Positions 9,611 to 19,809 of a DNA stretch of 64,000 nucleotides are shown piece after piece. Within the stretch, counting starts at the first letter, position 1; each line of letters opens with the position of its first letter. Position numbers and translations under genes: made by a program. This DNA comes from an uncultured Solirubrobacterales bacterium (lineage in GTDB: Bacteria; Actinomycetota; Thermoleophilia; Solirubrobacterales; 70-9), in contig CAWEUU010000007.1 in NCBI GenBank assembly GCA_963812335.1, positions 19,682-83,681 of the forward strand, given 5' to 3'. Below the pieces are notes generated by a model. It was not told the origin of the DNA. It saw only the letters and a program-made list of their open reading frames with translations, and did not search any database.

Positions 9611-9802
9611 ATGAGCGCAACGACCGAGGCAACCCTCTGGATCTGCGAGAGCTGCGGCTTCATCTACGACCCGGCGATCGGTGACCCCGACGGCGGCATC
9701 CCACCGGGAACCGCCTTCGAGGACATCCCCAGCGACTGGTTCTGCCCCGTCTGCGGCGCGCGGACCTCCGACTTCCGCCCGGTCGAGCCAGGGGAGGCCT
9801 AG
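9611..9802 (+). CDS. rubredoxin
   Basis: 63 aa with two CxxC pairs (CESCG, CPVCG) and the conserved FEDIPSDW segment. Confidence 0.9.
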   Translation: MSATTEATLWICESCGFIYDPAIGDPDGGIPPGTAFEDIPSDWFCPVCGARTSDFRPVEPGEA

Positions 9803-9848
9803 GCCGGCCGCCCGCGGTGGACGCGGGAGCGGGTGAGCGGGATCGCCG

Positions 9849-11525
9849 GTGACTATGAGTGCGATGGAGAGGGAGCCGAGCACGCGGGCGGAATTTGATT
9901 TCGACTGGATCGTCGTCGGGTCCGGCTTCGGCGGCAGCGTCTCGGCGCTGCGCCTTGCCGAAAAGGGCTACGACGTCGCGGTGCTCGAGTGCGGCAAGCG
10001 GTTCGGCGACGACGACTTCCCGAGCTCGACCTGGGACAGCCGGCGCTACTTCTGGGCGCCGCGGATCGGGATGAAGGGGATCTTCCGGCTGAGCCTGTTC
10101 CGCGACGTCGCCGTAGTCAGCGGCTGCGGCGTCGGCGGCGGCAGCCTCGGCTACGCGAACACGCTCTACGTCCCCCCCGGCCAGTTCTTCGAGGACCCGC
10201 AGTGGGCCGACCTCGACGACTGGCAGGCGCGGCTGGCACCCCACTACGAGACCGCGCAGCGAATGCTCGGCGTCACGGTCCACGATCGCGACGACCCGGC
10301 CGACCAGATGCTGCGCGAGCTCGGCGAGGAGCTCGGCGTCGCCGACACCTACCGCAAGACCCCGGTCGGCGTCTACCTCGACAACCCCGGCCAGACCGTC
10401 GCCGACCCCTACTTCGAAGGCGCGGGCCCGGAGCGCACGGGCTGCCTGCAGTGCGGCCGTTGCATGGTCGGCTGCCCGCACGGGGCGAAGAACACCCTGG
10501 TCAAGAACTACCTCTGGCTGGCCGAGCAGCGCGGCCTCGAGGTGCAGGCCGAGCGCACGGTGACCGACATCCGGCCGCTCGGCGCCGCCGACGGCAGCGA
10601 CGGCTACGCGGTGACCAGCGAGCGCTCCGGGATGCTGCGCGGCCGCCGAAAGCGCACGCTGAAGGCGCGCGGCGTGATCGTCGCCGCCGGACCGCTGGGC
10701 ACCAACAAGCTGCTGCAGCGCTGCCGGCTCGGCGGCTCGCTGCCGAAGATCTCGCCGCGCCTCGGCGAGCTCGTGCGGACCAACAGCGAGAGCATCCTCG
10801 CCGTGCGCGTGCCGCCCGACTACCCCGAGGACCTGAGCCGTCGGGTGGCGATCACCTCGAGCATCTACCCCGACCCGCATACGCACATCGAGACGGTCAC
10901 CTACGGCAAGGCAGGCGACTCGATGAGCACGCTGAACACGCTGCTGGTCGGCGACGGGACGCGGGTCACGCGTCCGCTGAAGCTGCTCGCCCAGATCATC
11001 CGCCATCCGGTCAGGCTCGCCCAGGTGCTGTGGCCGTTCGGCACCTCGCACCGCACGATCATCCTGCTCGTCATGCAGACGCTGGACAACGCGATCGCGC
11101 TGCGGCCGCGGCTGAAGCGCAACGGCGAGGTGCGGCTGCAGACCGAGCAGGACCCGGAGCGGCCGAACCCGACCTTCATCCCGGTCGCCAACAAGGCCGC
11201 CGAATGGTTCGCCGAGCGCACCGGCGGGATCGCCCAGAGCTCGATCATGGAGGCGACGCTGAACGTGCCGACGACCGCCCACATCCTCGGCGGCGCGGCA
11301 ATCGGCCACGGCCCCGAGGACGGCGTCGTCGACGCCCGCCAGCGCGTCTTCGGCTACGAGAACCTGATGGTCTGCGACGGAGCCGCGATCCCGGCCAACG
11401 TCGGCGTCAACCCGAGCCTGACGATCACGGCGCTGGCCGAGAACGCGATGAGCCAGATCCCGCCCAAAGAGGGGGCCGCGCCGCGCGACCTGCCCGAGGC
11501 CGCGCGGCCGGCTGCCGCTGCGTAG
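9849..11525 (+). CDS. GMC-family FAD oxidoreductase (cholesterol-oxidase-like)
   Basis: 558 aa. N-terminal VVGSGFGGSVSALRLAEKGYDVAVLE dinucleotide-binding motif and a C-terminal GMC-like region. Confidence 0.8.
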   Translation: MTMSAMEREPSTRAEFDFDWIVVGSGFGGSVSALRLAEKGYDVAVLECGKRFGDDDFPSSTWDSRRYFWAPRIGMKGIFRLSLFRDVAVVSGCGVGGGSLGYANTLYVPPGQFFEDPQWADLDDWQARLAPHYETAQRMLGVTVHDRDDPADQMLRELGEELGVADTYRKTPVGVYLDNPGQTVADPYFEGAGPERTGCLQCGRCMVGCPHGAKNTLVKNYLWLAEQRGLEVQAERTVTDIRPLGAADGSDGYAVTSERSGMLRGRRKRTLKARGVIVAAGPLGTNKLLQRCRLGGSLPKISPRLGELVRTNSESILAVRVPPDYPEDLSRRVAITSSIYPDPHTHIETVTYGKAGDSMSTLNTLLVGDGTRVTRPLKLLAQIIRHPVRLAQVLWPFGTSHRTIILLVMQTLDNAIALRPRLKRNGEVRLQTEQDPERPNPTFIPVANKAAEWFAERTGGIAQSSIMEATLNVPTTAHILGGAAIGHGPEDGVVDARQRVFGYENLMVCDGAAIPANVGVNPSLTITALAENAMSQIPPKEGAAPRDLPEAARPAAAA

Positions 11526-12125
11526 CTACTGCGCGAAGCGCTCGGCTACGTAGTCCCAGTTGACGACGTTCCAAAAGGCGTCGATGTATTCCGGGCGCTT
11601 GTTCTGGTACTTGAGGTAATAGGCGTGCTCCCAGACGTCGCAGCCGAGCAGCGGCACGCTGCCGTCGGTCACCGGCGAGTCCTGGTTCGGAGTCGAGACG
11701 ACCGCCAGCCCGGAGCTGTCCTTGACCAGCCAGGCCCAGCCGGAGCCGAAGCGGGCGATGCCCGCGTTCTTGAACTCCTCCTTGAAGGAGTCGAGCGAGC
11801 CGAAGGTCTCGTCGATCGCCGCGCTCAGCTCGCCGCTGGGGGCACCGCCGCCATCGGGGCTGAGCATCTGCCAGAAGAGCGAGTGGTTGTAGTGGCCGCC
11901 GGCGTTGTTGCGCACGGGGCCCTGCTTGTCCCCGGGGAGGCTGCTGAGGTTGCGCAGCACGTCCTCGACGTCCCGGTCGGCCCACTCGGTCCCCTCCAGG
12001 GCGCCGTTGGCCTTGTCGACGTAGGCCTGATGGTGCTTGTCGTGGTGGACCCGCATCGTCGCCTCGTCGATGTGAGGCTCGAGCGCGTCGTATGCGTAGG
12101 GGAGATCGGGAACCGCAAAAGCCAT
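11526..12125 (-). CDS. sodA: Fe/Mn superoxide dismutase
   Basis: 199 aa. [25 protein letters not shown] and DVWEHAYYL motifs. Confidence 0.95.
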   Translation of the reverse strand: MAFAVPDLPYAYDALEPHIDEATMRVHHDKHHQAYVDKANGALEGTEWADRDVEDVLRNLSSLPGDKQGPVRNNAGGHYNHSLFWQMLSPDGGGAPSGELSAAIDETFGSLDSFKEEFKNAGIARFGSGWAWLVKDSSGLAVVSTPNQDSPVTDGSVPLLGCDVWEHAYYLKYQNKRPEYIDAFWNVVNWDYVAERFAQ

Positions 12126-12191
12126 CTGATGCTCCTTGTTTTCGATTTCGAAGTCCTGCGGGAGCCTAGATGATCGGTTCCATCTAGCTGC

Positions 12192-12974
12192 TTGCTAGCT
12201 TTGTCCGGGGTCGCCTTGGAGCCGGAGCTGCGAAACGAGGATGAGTTGTGGCGGCGCTTCGGCGAGACGCACGACCCGGCGATCCGCGACGAGCTGGTGC
12301 GCCGCAACCTGCCCTTCGCGAAGCGGCTGGCGCTGCGCTACCGCGGGGCCAGCGAGTCCTTCGACGACCTGCTCCAGGTCGCCAACCTGGGCTTGCTCAA
12401 CGCCGTCGACCGCTTCGACCCCGAGCGCGGCATTCCCTTCACCGCCTTCGCCTCGCCGACGATCCTCGGCGAGCTCAAACGCCACTTCCGCGATCGGGTC
12501 TGGACGGTGCGGGTGCCGCGCGGGCTGCACGACCGCATGGCAGAAGTCGACAAAGCGATCACCGAGCTGACCAAGAAGCTGCAGCGCTCGCCCTCGGTCG
12601 GTGAGATCGCCGAGCGCCTCGAGGTCGAGCAGATCGACGTGCTCGAGGTGATGGAGGCCAACCACAATCGCCGCCCGCTCTCGCTCGACCGTCCTGCCGG
12701 AGCCGAGGACTCCGAGGACTCGCCGCCGACCGAGTGGGTCGGCGACGTGGACGAGGGCTTCGAGCTGGTCGAGGGCCGGATCGCGCTTGACTCGGCGCTA
12801 CCGGCGCTCGACGAGCGCGAGCGCCTGGTGCTGCGGCTGCGCTTCGTCGAGGACATGACGCAATCGCAGATCGCCGAGCAGATCGGCCACTCGCAGATGC
12901 ACGTCTCGCGCATCCTGCGCCGCGCTCTCGCACGGATCCGCGAGCAGATCAGGGAGCAGCGGCAAAGCGAATGA
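12192..12974 (+). CDS. RNA polymerase sigma factor, SigB/F/G (group 3) type
   Basis: 260 aa with sigma-70 regions 2-4: LRYRG...[19 protein letters not shown] and [24 protein letters not shown]. Non-ATG start, so the exact start is uncertain. Confidence 0.85.
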   Translation: MLALSGVALEPELRNEDELWRRFGETHDPAIRDELVRRNLPFAKRLALRYRGASESFDDLLQVANLGLLNAVDRFDPERGIPFTAFASPTILGELKRHFRDRVWTVRVPRGLHDRMAEVDKAITELTKKLQRSPSVGEIAERLEVEQIDVLEVMEANHNRRPLSLDRPAGAEDSEDSPPTEWVGDVDEGFELVEGRIALDSALPALDERERLVLRLRFVEDMTQSQIAEQIGHSQMHVSRILRRALARIREQIREQRQSE

Positions 12975-13803
12975 TCAGGTACTCGCCGTCGACGGACTGC
13001 TCGACGGTGAGCTCATCGGCCAGCTTCTCCAGCGAGCCGCCGACGTCGGGCACGTCGAGGTCGGAGCGGATCTGCTCCGCCGCGCCCTCGTCCAACGGGC
13101 CCAGCCGCAGATCGATTCCGCTTTCGCGCTCGTCGAGGCCGAGCCGTACGCGCCCGTCCTCGAAGCGCTCGGGGGCGGAGTTGGCGATCGCGTCGGTGAC
13201 CAGAACAGCGTCGGAGACGCGGTCGACTGAGAGGTCGCGACGCGCAGCCAGGGCGGCGACAACCCGTGCCAGCACCGGCGCGAGCAGATCGCTGCGATCG
13301 ACGATCATCTCGGTGCGGTCGGCGGGGTAGGGCTTGAGCTCGAACGTGTCGCCGTTGTCTTTGCTGTTGGCGCCGCCCCCCTCGAGCGGCACCCGCATCG
13401 TGATCTCGGTGCCCTGGTCGAGCCCGCCGGAGATCGAGAAGCTGCTCGAGAGCGCGGCGATCAGCGAAAGGCCGAGGCGCAGGCTGTCGCGTTCGCTCTC
13501 CGCCTGTGGCCTGATCCCGACGCCCTCGTCGCGGACGACGACGGTGAGCCCCTCGGGGTCCGGCTTCGCGTCGACGGCCAACGGTCCCGGCCCGCCCTGG
13601 TAGGCGTGGACGACGACGTTCATGCAGGCCTCGGTGACAACCGTCTTCAGATCGGCGAGGCCGGGCTCGTCCATGCCGATCTCCTCGGCCAGCCCGGCGA
13701 GAGCGTGGCGAATGACAGCGACGTTCTCGGATTTCGCGGGCAGCACCAACTGAAGCCCCCTGGGCCTGTCTTGGATCGCCGGAGTGTCTGAGCTTGACCC
13801 CAT
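12949..13803 (-). CDS. anti-sigma factor serine kinase (RsbW/SpoIIAB-like HATPase) with an extra C-terminal domain
   Basis: ATG at 13803 within track ORF 12949..13983. N-box-like TEACMNVVVHAY and VVVRDEGVGI. Its 3' end overlaps the sigma gene's 3' end by 26 nt (convergent). Confidence 0.7.
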   Translation of the reverse strand: MGSSSDTPAIQDRPRGLQLVLPAKSENVAVIRHALAGLAEEIGMDEPGLADLKTVVTEACMNVVVHAYQGGPGPLAVDAKPDPEGLTVVVRDEGVGIRPQAESERDSLRLGLSLIAALSSSFSISGGLDQGTEITMRVPLEGGGANSKDNGDTFELKPYPADRTEMIVDRSDLLAPVLARVVAALAARRDLSVDRVSDAVLVTDAIANSAPERFEDGRVRLGLDERESGIDLRLGPLDEGAAEQIRSDLDVPDVGGSLEKLADELTVEQSVDGEYLIIRFAAAP

Positions 13804-13914
13804 TCGGTCCGCCGTGAACTGACCGTCGGCGGGAACACGAGCATAGTCGTCGTGGCTTTGAGTATCTCCGCTACCCCCACCATCCAAGGCACAAACCTGA
13901 GGTAGGATCGGCGC

Positions 13915-14286
13915 GTGAACCCGGTTCCTTTCCAGGTGCGCAGCGAAGAGCTCGAGAACGGCATCCGTGCCTTCGCCGTGCACGGCGAGCTGGACATGAA
14001 CACGGTGCCCGAGCTCGAGCGTGGCCTGGAGGAGGCGCTAGCCGACTCGCAGGCATCGATCGTGCTCGACCTCTCCGAGTGCGAATTCATCGACTCCACC
14101 GGGATTGCGCTGATCGTGCGGGCCTGGCAGCGCCTCGATCGCAGCGGCGGCAACGGCGGCGAAGGGCGCCTCGTCCTCTGCAGCATCAACCGACAGGTAC
14201 GCCGCCTGCTGCAGATCACCGGGGTCGAGAGCTCGATCTCGATGCATGAAGACCGCGGCGCGGCGCTGGCCGAGCTACGCGACTGA
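13915..14286 (+). CDS. STAS-domain anti-sigma-factor antagonist (RsbV/SpoIIAA-like)
   Basis: 123 aa. VLDLSECEFIDSTGIALIV carries the conserved phosphorylatable serine context. Confidence 0.85.
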   Translation: MNPVPFQVRSEELENGIRAFAVHGELDMNTVPELERGLEEALADSQASIVLDLSECEFIDSTGIALIVRAWQRLDRSGGNGGEGRLVLCSINRQVRRLLQITGVESSISMHEDRGAALAELRD

Positions 14287-14326
14287 TTGGCGTTTCGGCG
14301 CGCGCGGCGGGGGTAACGGCAGGGCG

Positions 14327-15241
14327 ATGCCCGCGCCCCGCAGGAGGATGTCCCATGACCTTTTCGATACCCGCAGCCATTCCTGGCACGCCGTAGGCCT
14401 CGGCGAGGAGCTCGAATCGGCCTCACCGCGGCGGGCGCTCGGCGGCCTTCTGATCGCCCTGGCGCTGATCGCCGCCACGATGGTCGTCTACTACCAGCGC
14501 CAGCAGTGGCTGCCGGGCTACGGCGCCTGGGTCAAGATCGGCACCGCCGCGGTGCTGGTGCTAGTCGGCTCGATCGCAGTGCACTGGCTCGTGCGCAGCG
14601 TCTCGCCGCGGCTCTTCCGCCGCCTCGACCCGGCCACGGCCGGCACGCTCGGGTTCCTGATCCGCCTCTTCGCGATGTCGATCGTGGTGATCGTCGCCCT
14701 GCGCGTCGCCGGAATCAGGGCGAGCACGCTCGCCCTCGGCGGCACGATCACCGCCGTCGTCCTCGGCCTCGCCGCACAGCAGTCGCTCGGGGGGATCTTC
14801 GCCGGCGTCGTCCTGCAGAGCACGCGGCCCTTCCGGGTCGGCGAACGGGTGCGCCTGGTCGGCGGCTTCATCGCCGGCTCGCTCGAGGGAACGGTCAGCT
14901 CGCTCGGCCTTTTCTACACCACACTCGCCCAGGGAGCCGACCGGATCCAGATCCCCAACAGCGTGATGATCAGCCTTGCCGTGGTGCCGATGCGCGAGCC
15001 CGACCGGATTGACCTCAAGGCCCGCTTCGCGACCGAGGCGAGCCCGCGGCGGATCGAGCAGCGCCTGCTCGATTCGGTCGAGACGCCGACCCGCTACGCG
15101 CCCAGCGTCGCCCTGGAGGAAGTCGACGAAGACGGGGTCGTGCTGAGGATCAGCGCCACACCGCTGCGGCCCGGCGACGGCTCGCAACTGGCCGAGGAAG
15201 TGCTCGAGGCGCTGCGGCGCGGCCCCGCCGCAGCCACCTAG
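14327..15241 (+). CDS. mechanosensitive ion channel (MscS family)
   Basis: TM helices followed by LAAQQSLGGIFAGVVLQSTRPFRVGERVRL. ATG at 14327 chosen to avoid overlap with the STAS gene; the track ORF starts at 14246. Confidence 0.8.
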   Translation: MPAPRRRMSHDLFDTRSHSWHAVGLGEELESASPRRALGGLLIALALIAATMVVYYQRQQWLPGYGAWVKIGTAAVLVLVGSIAVHWLVRSVSPRLFRRLDPATAGTLGFLIRLFAMSIVVIVALRVAGIRASTLALGGTITAVVLGLAAQQSLGGIFAGVVLQSTRPFRVGERVRLVGGFIAGSLEGTVSSLGLFYTTLAQGADRIQIPNSVMISLAVVPMREPDRIDLKARFATEASPRRIEQRLLDSVETPTRYAPSVALEEVDEDGVVLRISATPLRPGDGSQLAEEVLEALRRGPAAAT

Positions 15242-15636
15242 GAGCCGAAACGGGCGTTTGCCAGGTCGGGGTCGGGGAAGACCTCGCCGCGGACGAAGCG
15301 CCCGTCCCGCAGCTCCCAGATCCAGGCGACCGGGACATCGCGGATGCCGAACTCACGGCTGCGGGCGTAGGCGCGACCGTGGACCAGCAGCAGATCGCCG
15401 CGGGCCTCGATCTCGCTCGGCGATACCTGCAGCTCTTCCCAGACCTGCGCGATGTCGGTCAGGTAGTCGTGCAGCCCGGCCGAGCCGCTGTAGGGGGCCT
15501 CGCGCCCGATCGCCTCGGCCGTCATCACCGGGTAGAACTCCATCGCCGCGTCGCAGAGCTCGGAAAGGCCGGCCTCGTCGCGGTGGTTGAAGCATTCGTA
15601 GAGGCGCGAGACCAGCCTCAGACGGGAGTCAGGCAT
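15238..15636 (-). CDS. SnoaL/NTF2-like small protein
   Basis: ATG at 15636 within track ORF 15238..15774. 132 aa with NTF2-like composition (ECFNHRD...). Its start overlaps the phosphatase stop by 8 nt (15629-15636). Confidence 0.5.
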   Translation of the reverse strand: MPDSRLRLVSRLYECFNHRDEAGLSELCDAAMEFYPVMTAEAIGREAPYSGSAGLHDYLTDIAQVWEELQVSPSEIEARGDLLLVHGRAYARSREFGIRDVPVAWIWELRDGRFVRGEVFPDPDLANARFGS

Positions 15637-17053
15637 CGCCGTTGTCCAGGCTCTGCACCGCCGGGGCGGGACGCTCGCCGGCGAGGTCCGCAGCGCCGGC
15701 CGAGCGCCGCTCGGAGGCGCGGGAGATCGCGAGGATCGCGATGTCGTCGTCGAGCCGCCCGTCGGTGAACACATGCAGAGAGCTCTCGAGTCGTTGCACC
15801 GCGCGGGCCGGATTGCCGGCGCCGCTGAGGTGCTCGCGCAGGCGCGCCTCGCCGTAGCGGCCGTCCGCTCCCTGGGCCTCGGTGATCCCGTCGGTGACGA
15901 CGACGAGCTGCTGGCCCGGCTCGAGCTCGCTGCGGGCGATCTCCCATTCGGCGTCCTCGAAGGCGCCGAGCACGGGGTCCGAGCCGGCCGGGACCTCGGC
16001 GACGCTCTCGCCGTCGATCAGCAGCGGCGGCGGGTGGCCGGCAACGGCGAGCCGCACAGGCTCGAAGCGATCGTCGCTGAGCGTCACCGCCGCGAGGCTG
16101 CAGAGAGCCGAGTCGCCACGGGCGAGCAGGGCGCGGTTCAAGGTGTCCAGGGCGACAAGCGGGTCGTCGGTGAGCATGGCCACGGTGCGCAGGGTGTAGC
16201 GGGCGACCGCGGTGATCGAGGCGGCATGGGCGCCGCGGCCGGTGACGTCGCCGATCACCAGCATCCAGCCGCGGGGCACCCGGAAGACGTCGTAGAAGTC
16301 GCCGCCGACTTCGTTCTCCGCCCCCGCCGGCCGGTACATCGCCGCCACCGACCAGCCGGGAATGTGCGGCAGCGGCGAGGGCAGCAGGCCGCGCTGCAGG
16401 GTCTCGGCGATCTCCGCCCGCGCGTGCTCGGCATCCCCGAGCTCGGCGAACAGGCCCGAGTTGTCGAGGGCCAGGGCGATGCAGCCCGAGAGGATCCAGG
16501 CGAAGCGGGCGTCCTGCTTGCGGTAGCGCCGCCGCGACCAGGCGACGGCGATCGTCAGCGTGCCGGTGACCTCGCCCCGCGCCTGCAGCGCGACCGTGAT
16601 CGCCGAGCGCATCCCAAGCCGGCGCAGGAAGGCGAGGTCCTCGCCTTCCCCGTGGGCGATCTCGCGCAGCTCGGCATCGCCGATGCGCTCGTAGAAGCGC
16701 GACTTCAGCGAGGCCCCGCCCGCGGCGCCGACCATGTTCTCCGGGGTCGAGGGCGTCCGTTCGACGAGCCCCCGCTCGAACTCCGGCCCACCTCCCGGCC
16801 CGACCCGCACGGAGACGCGGCGCGGAACGCCGTCCTCGATCACGTCGATCATGCAGAAGTCGGCGAGCTCGGGGACGAGGATGTCGCAGATCGCCTCGAA
16901 GGTCTGCTCGAGCGTCCCGGCGGCGTCGGAGACGGAGGCAACCTCGCCGAGGATGCGGAAGCGGGCCCGCGCCTTGCGCTCACGGGCGAGGAAGATCGCG
17001 AGCAGCGCCAGCAGCGCGGCGGCGGCCACCACGGCTATCTCTATCCAGACCAC
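15629..17053 (-). CDS. membrane-anchored GAF + PP2C (SpoIIE/RsbU-type) serine phosphatase
   Basis: 474 aa with an N-terminal TM helix. PP2C motifs GGDFYDVF and VIGDVTGRGAHAA, plus a C-terminal DDDIAILAI. Confidence 0.85.
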   Translation of the reverse strand: MVWIEIAVVAAAALLALLAIFLARERKARARFRILGEVASVSDAAGTLEQTFEAICDILVPELADFCMIDVIEDGVPRRVSVRVGPGGGPEFERGLVERTPSTPENMVGAAGGASLKSRFYERIGDAELREIAHGEGEDLAFLRRLGMRSAITVALQARGEVTGTLTIAVAWSRRRYRKQDARFAWILSGCIALALDNSGLFAELGDAEHARAEIAETLQRGLLPSPLPHIPGWSVAAMYRPAGAENEVGGDFYDVFRVPRGWMLVIGDVTGRGAHAASITAVARYTLRTVAMLTDDPLVALDTLNRALLARGDSALCSLAAVTLSDDRFEPVRLAVAGHPPPLLIDGESVAEVPAGSDPVLGAFEDAEWEIARSELEPGQQLVVVTDGITEAQGADGRYGEARLREHLSGAGNPARAVQRLESSLHVFTDGRLDDDIAILAISRASERRSAGAADLAGERPAPAVQSLDNGDA

Positions 17054-17070
17054 CCCGCCACGATAGACGC

Positions 17071-17949
17071 CTACCGGCGTTCGAAGTCGACCCTGATGCG
17101 CTGGCTCTCGTCGCGCGCCTCCGCCTTGGCGAGGGCGCCGAGCACGCGCTCGTCCTCGTCGCGGCCGACGCCGAGCAGGCTGCGCGGCCAGAGGCCGCGG
17201 GCGCGGACGACGTTGAGCTCGGCGCTGAGCACGGTCAGTACCGCACCAAGGTTGATCCAGACCAGCAGGCCGAGGACGAGGGCGAAGGTGCCGTAGGCGG
17301 GGGCCGCATTGCGAACCTCGTGCGCGATGAAGTAGCCGCCGATCAGCTGCAGGCCCGACCAGCAGACGGCGGCGAGGACGACGCCGGGCAGCAGCGCCGC
17401 GAACGACGCCGGACGCGTCCCCAGCAGCGAGAAGAGGGCGCCGAAGACGAGCAGGTTGATGCCGACCGAGGTCGCGATGCCGCCGACCGGGCCGAAGAGG
17501 TCGGCGCCGCCGCCGACCAGGCCGGAGGCGACCGTCGAGGCGAGCGTCAGCGCGCCGAGGACGACGAGCAGGACGAGCGCCCGCAGACGCGAGGTGAGGA
17601 AGTCGGGGCGGTCCCGGAAGGGGATCGCCCAGACCCGGTCGAGCGCAGTCTGGGTCGCGAGAACGACGCCAAAGCCGGCCCAGATCGAGCCGGCGATGCC
17701 GATCGCGAGCGCGACGCCGCTGCCCTCCAGCGAGCTGACCCCGATCTGCTCACCGATCACCGGGAACTGGGTCAGTACCGAGTCGACCGCTTCCTGGCGC
17801 AACTGCGGGTCGCCGGCGAGCACGTAGCCGAGCACCGTGGTGAACAGCAGCAGCAGCGGGAACAGCGAGAAGAAGGCCCGGAAGGCGATCAACCCGGCGA
17901 GGTTGCCGCCCTGGTCGTCGCCGAACTTCTTGACCACCGCGACCGGCAC
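17071..17949 (-). CDS. YihY/BrkB-family membrane protein
   Basis: 292 aa. GLIAFRAFFSLFPLLLLFTTVLGY and multiple TM helices. Confidence 0.8.
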   Translation of the reverse strand: MPVAVVKKFGDDQGGNLAGLIAFRAFFSLFPLLLLFTTVLGYVLAGDPQLRQEAVDSVLTQFPVIGEQIGVSSLEGSGVALAIGIAGSIWAGFGVVLATQTALDRVWAIPFRDRPDFLTSRLRALVLLVVLGALTLASTVASGLVGGGADLFGPVGGIATSVGINLLVFGALFSLLGTRPASFAALLPGVVLAAVCWSGLQLIGGYFIAHEVRNAAPAYGTFALVLGLLVWINLGAVLTVLSAELNVVRARGLWPRSLLGVGRDEDERVLGALAKAEARDESQRIRVDFERR

Positions 17950-17999
17950 GGCAAGGACCGCGTGGCGCTGCTGAAAGCGATCCAGTGCGCGCAGCGCCT

Positions 18000-18515
18000 T
18001 CAGGCGAGGCCCTCGAACTCGTACTCGCGCAGGTAGCCCTCGAAGAGGCGGCGGTGGCCCTGCTCGTCGCGGAGGATCGCGATCGTCATGTCCTGGGTGA
18101 CCGGGTCGACACCCTCGGTCTCCTCGATGATCTTGGTGTAGTGCTCGATCGCGCCGGTCTCGGCCTTGATCACGCCGCGGACGATGTGCACGGTGTCGGT
18201 CTGGTGCTCGGGCGGCTGCAGGAAGGACTGCTCGGCGGAGAACCCCTCCGAGCCGGGGACGACGCCGTAGAGCTCCTTGATCCGGTCGGCGAACTGCTTC
18301 GCGTGGCCGAGCTCCTCTTCGACGTCCTCGGCGAGCGACTCCTTGATCTCCTGTGCCCGCACGCCGTCGAGGTTGACCGAGGCGGCGATGTAGCTCATCA
18401 CGGTCTCGATCTCCATCCAGTACGCCTTCTGCAACAGCTCGACGACGTGCTCGCGCTGCTCGAGGTTGGCGCTGTCGTAGATGCCCTTACTCGGCGACGG
18501 TGTTGATGCCTCCAT
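18000..18515 (-). CDS. ferritin-like diiron protein
   Basis: 171 aa with two ExxH-type motifs (EEELGH, DEQGH) in a four-helix-like layout. Confidence 0.7.
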   Translation of the reverse strand: MEASTPSPSKGIYDSANLEQREHVVELLQKAYWMEIETVMSYIAASVNLDGVRAQEIKESLAEDVEEELGHAKQFADRIKELYGVVPGSEGFSAEQSFLQPPEHQTDTVHIVRGVIKAETGAIEHYTKIIEETEGVDPVTQDMTIAILRDEQGHRRLFEGYLREYEFEGLA

Positions 18516-18582
18516 CGTTCCTCCGTTCTCCTTCGGCCGGGGTGCTTCTTCCGAGCTTACGCCTACCCGGCGAGCAGACCGG

Positions 18583-19686
18583 TCAATCGCCGAAGTCGGC
18601 GCGCGGGACGATGTCCGGATCGCCGCCGGTCCAGGCGGTGAAGCGGTACCAGGCGGGCTTCGCCTCGCGGCCCTCGGTGAGCAACCCGGCCGAGTCGCAG
18701 AACTGGCAGCCCGCTTTGATGTCTGCCCAGGAGAACCACCAGACGCCGCCGATCCGCCAGGAGCGACGATGCCTGGCCAGCATTCCGAAGGCCTGATCGA
18801 GCTCCCTCGCCTGGCCGAGCAGGCCCCGCTCCCAGCGCGTCTGGAAGCTGTCGGAGCCCCAGCCGAGCTCGGTCACGTAAAGCAGCGTGGCGGCATCGTG
18901 ATGACGGCGCATGATCCGGCGCAGGTTGCGGATCTGCGGTCGCATCGCCGCGGCATCGGCGACGTAGGGGTGCAGGGCGACGCCGTCGAAGAAGGGCTTG
19001 ACGCGCCGGGCCCGGTAGACGCGGTTGAGGAAGTCGCCGGAGCTGACGTTTGGCGGGATCTGCAGCGGCCGGCCGAAGAGGCCGCCGAGGATCACCTTGG
19101 CGCCGCGGTCAGCGCGGTGGATGGCGCGACCACTGACCCGTAGCAGCCGCGCGAAGCGCTCCGGGTTCGACCCGGCGGCGAAGGTGATGATGTTGGGCTC
19201 GTTCCAGATCTCCCACCTGCGGATCGGCAGCGCCGTCAGCCCGGGGTTCTCGCGCCAGAAGGCGCCCCGCGGTCCGTAGCGGCGCACCGCGCGGCGCAGA
19301 AAGGATGCCCAGGCCCGACGCGCCCAACCCCGATAGACGGGTTCGACCCGCGTCTCGCCGGCAACCCACGGCGGCGTGCCCCAGACGAAGGGGAAGACCC
19401 GCATCCCGTGTTCGGCGGCAAGCTGCACCGAGCGGTCGAAGTCGGACCAGTTCGGGGCGACCAGATAGGGGCTGTGCGGCTCGACGCCGCTCCAGTAGAG
19501 CGGCAGCCGCAGGCTGCGCAGCCCGGCCGACTGCATCAGCGCGAAGTCGCCCTTGTTCGATGCGGTCTGCGGCGAGATGCCGACGAATTCCGCCGGCAGA
19601 CGCGCAGAGGCGGTCGCCGGCAGCATCAGCAGCGCCGCGAGCAATGCGGGAATTGCGAGCTTTCGGATCAAGAGCACTGATTGCAA
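18583..19686 (-). CDS. secreted glycoside hydrolase (clan GH-A-like)
   Basis: 367 aa with a signal peptide (LLMLPATASA). WEIWNEPN acid/base motif typical of GH5/GH39-type TIM-barrel glycosidases. TTG start. Confidence 0.6.
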   Translation of the reverse strand: MQSVLLIRKLAIPALLAALLMLPATASARLPAEFVGISPQTASNKGDFALMQSAGLRSLRLPLYWSGVEPHSPYLVAPNWSDFDRSVQLAAEHGMRVFPFVWGTPPWVAGETRVEPVYRGWARRAWASFLRRAVRRYGPRGAFWRENPGLTALPIRRWEIWNEPNIITFAAGSNPERFARLLRVSGRAIHRADRGAKVILGGLFGRPLQIPPNVSSGDFLNRVYRARRVKPFFDGVALHPYVADAAAMRPQIRNLRRIMRRHHDAATLLYVTELGWGSDSFQTRWERGLLGQARELDQAFGMLARHRRSWRIGGVWWFSWADIKAGCQFCDSAGLLTEGREAKPAWYRFTAWTGGDPDIVPRADFGD

Positions 19687-19732
19687 ACGCGGACCGCAGC
19701 CAAAGTAGCGGCCTGGGATAATCGCCGCTCAT

Positions 19733-19806
19733 CGGGGCGTGGCGCAGCCTGGTAGCGCGCACCGTTCGGGTCGGTGAGGTCCCCGGTTCAAATCCGGGCG
19801 CCCCGA
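19733..19806 (+). tRNA. tRNA-Pro (anticodon CGG)
   Basis: Hand-folded cloverleaf. Acceptor CGGGGCG/CGCCCCG, D-stem GCGC/GCGC, anticodon stem CACCG/CGGTG with loop TTCGGGT, T-arm CCCGG-TTCAAAT-CCGGG, discriminator A. 74 nt, no encoded CCA. Confidence 0.9.
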
Positions 19807-19809
19807 TTG
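19794..19809 (+). repeat. attL-like direct repeat (tRNA-Pro 3' end)
   Basis: CCGGGCGCCCCGATTG is identical to 28386-28401. Confidence 0.65.
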
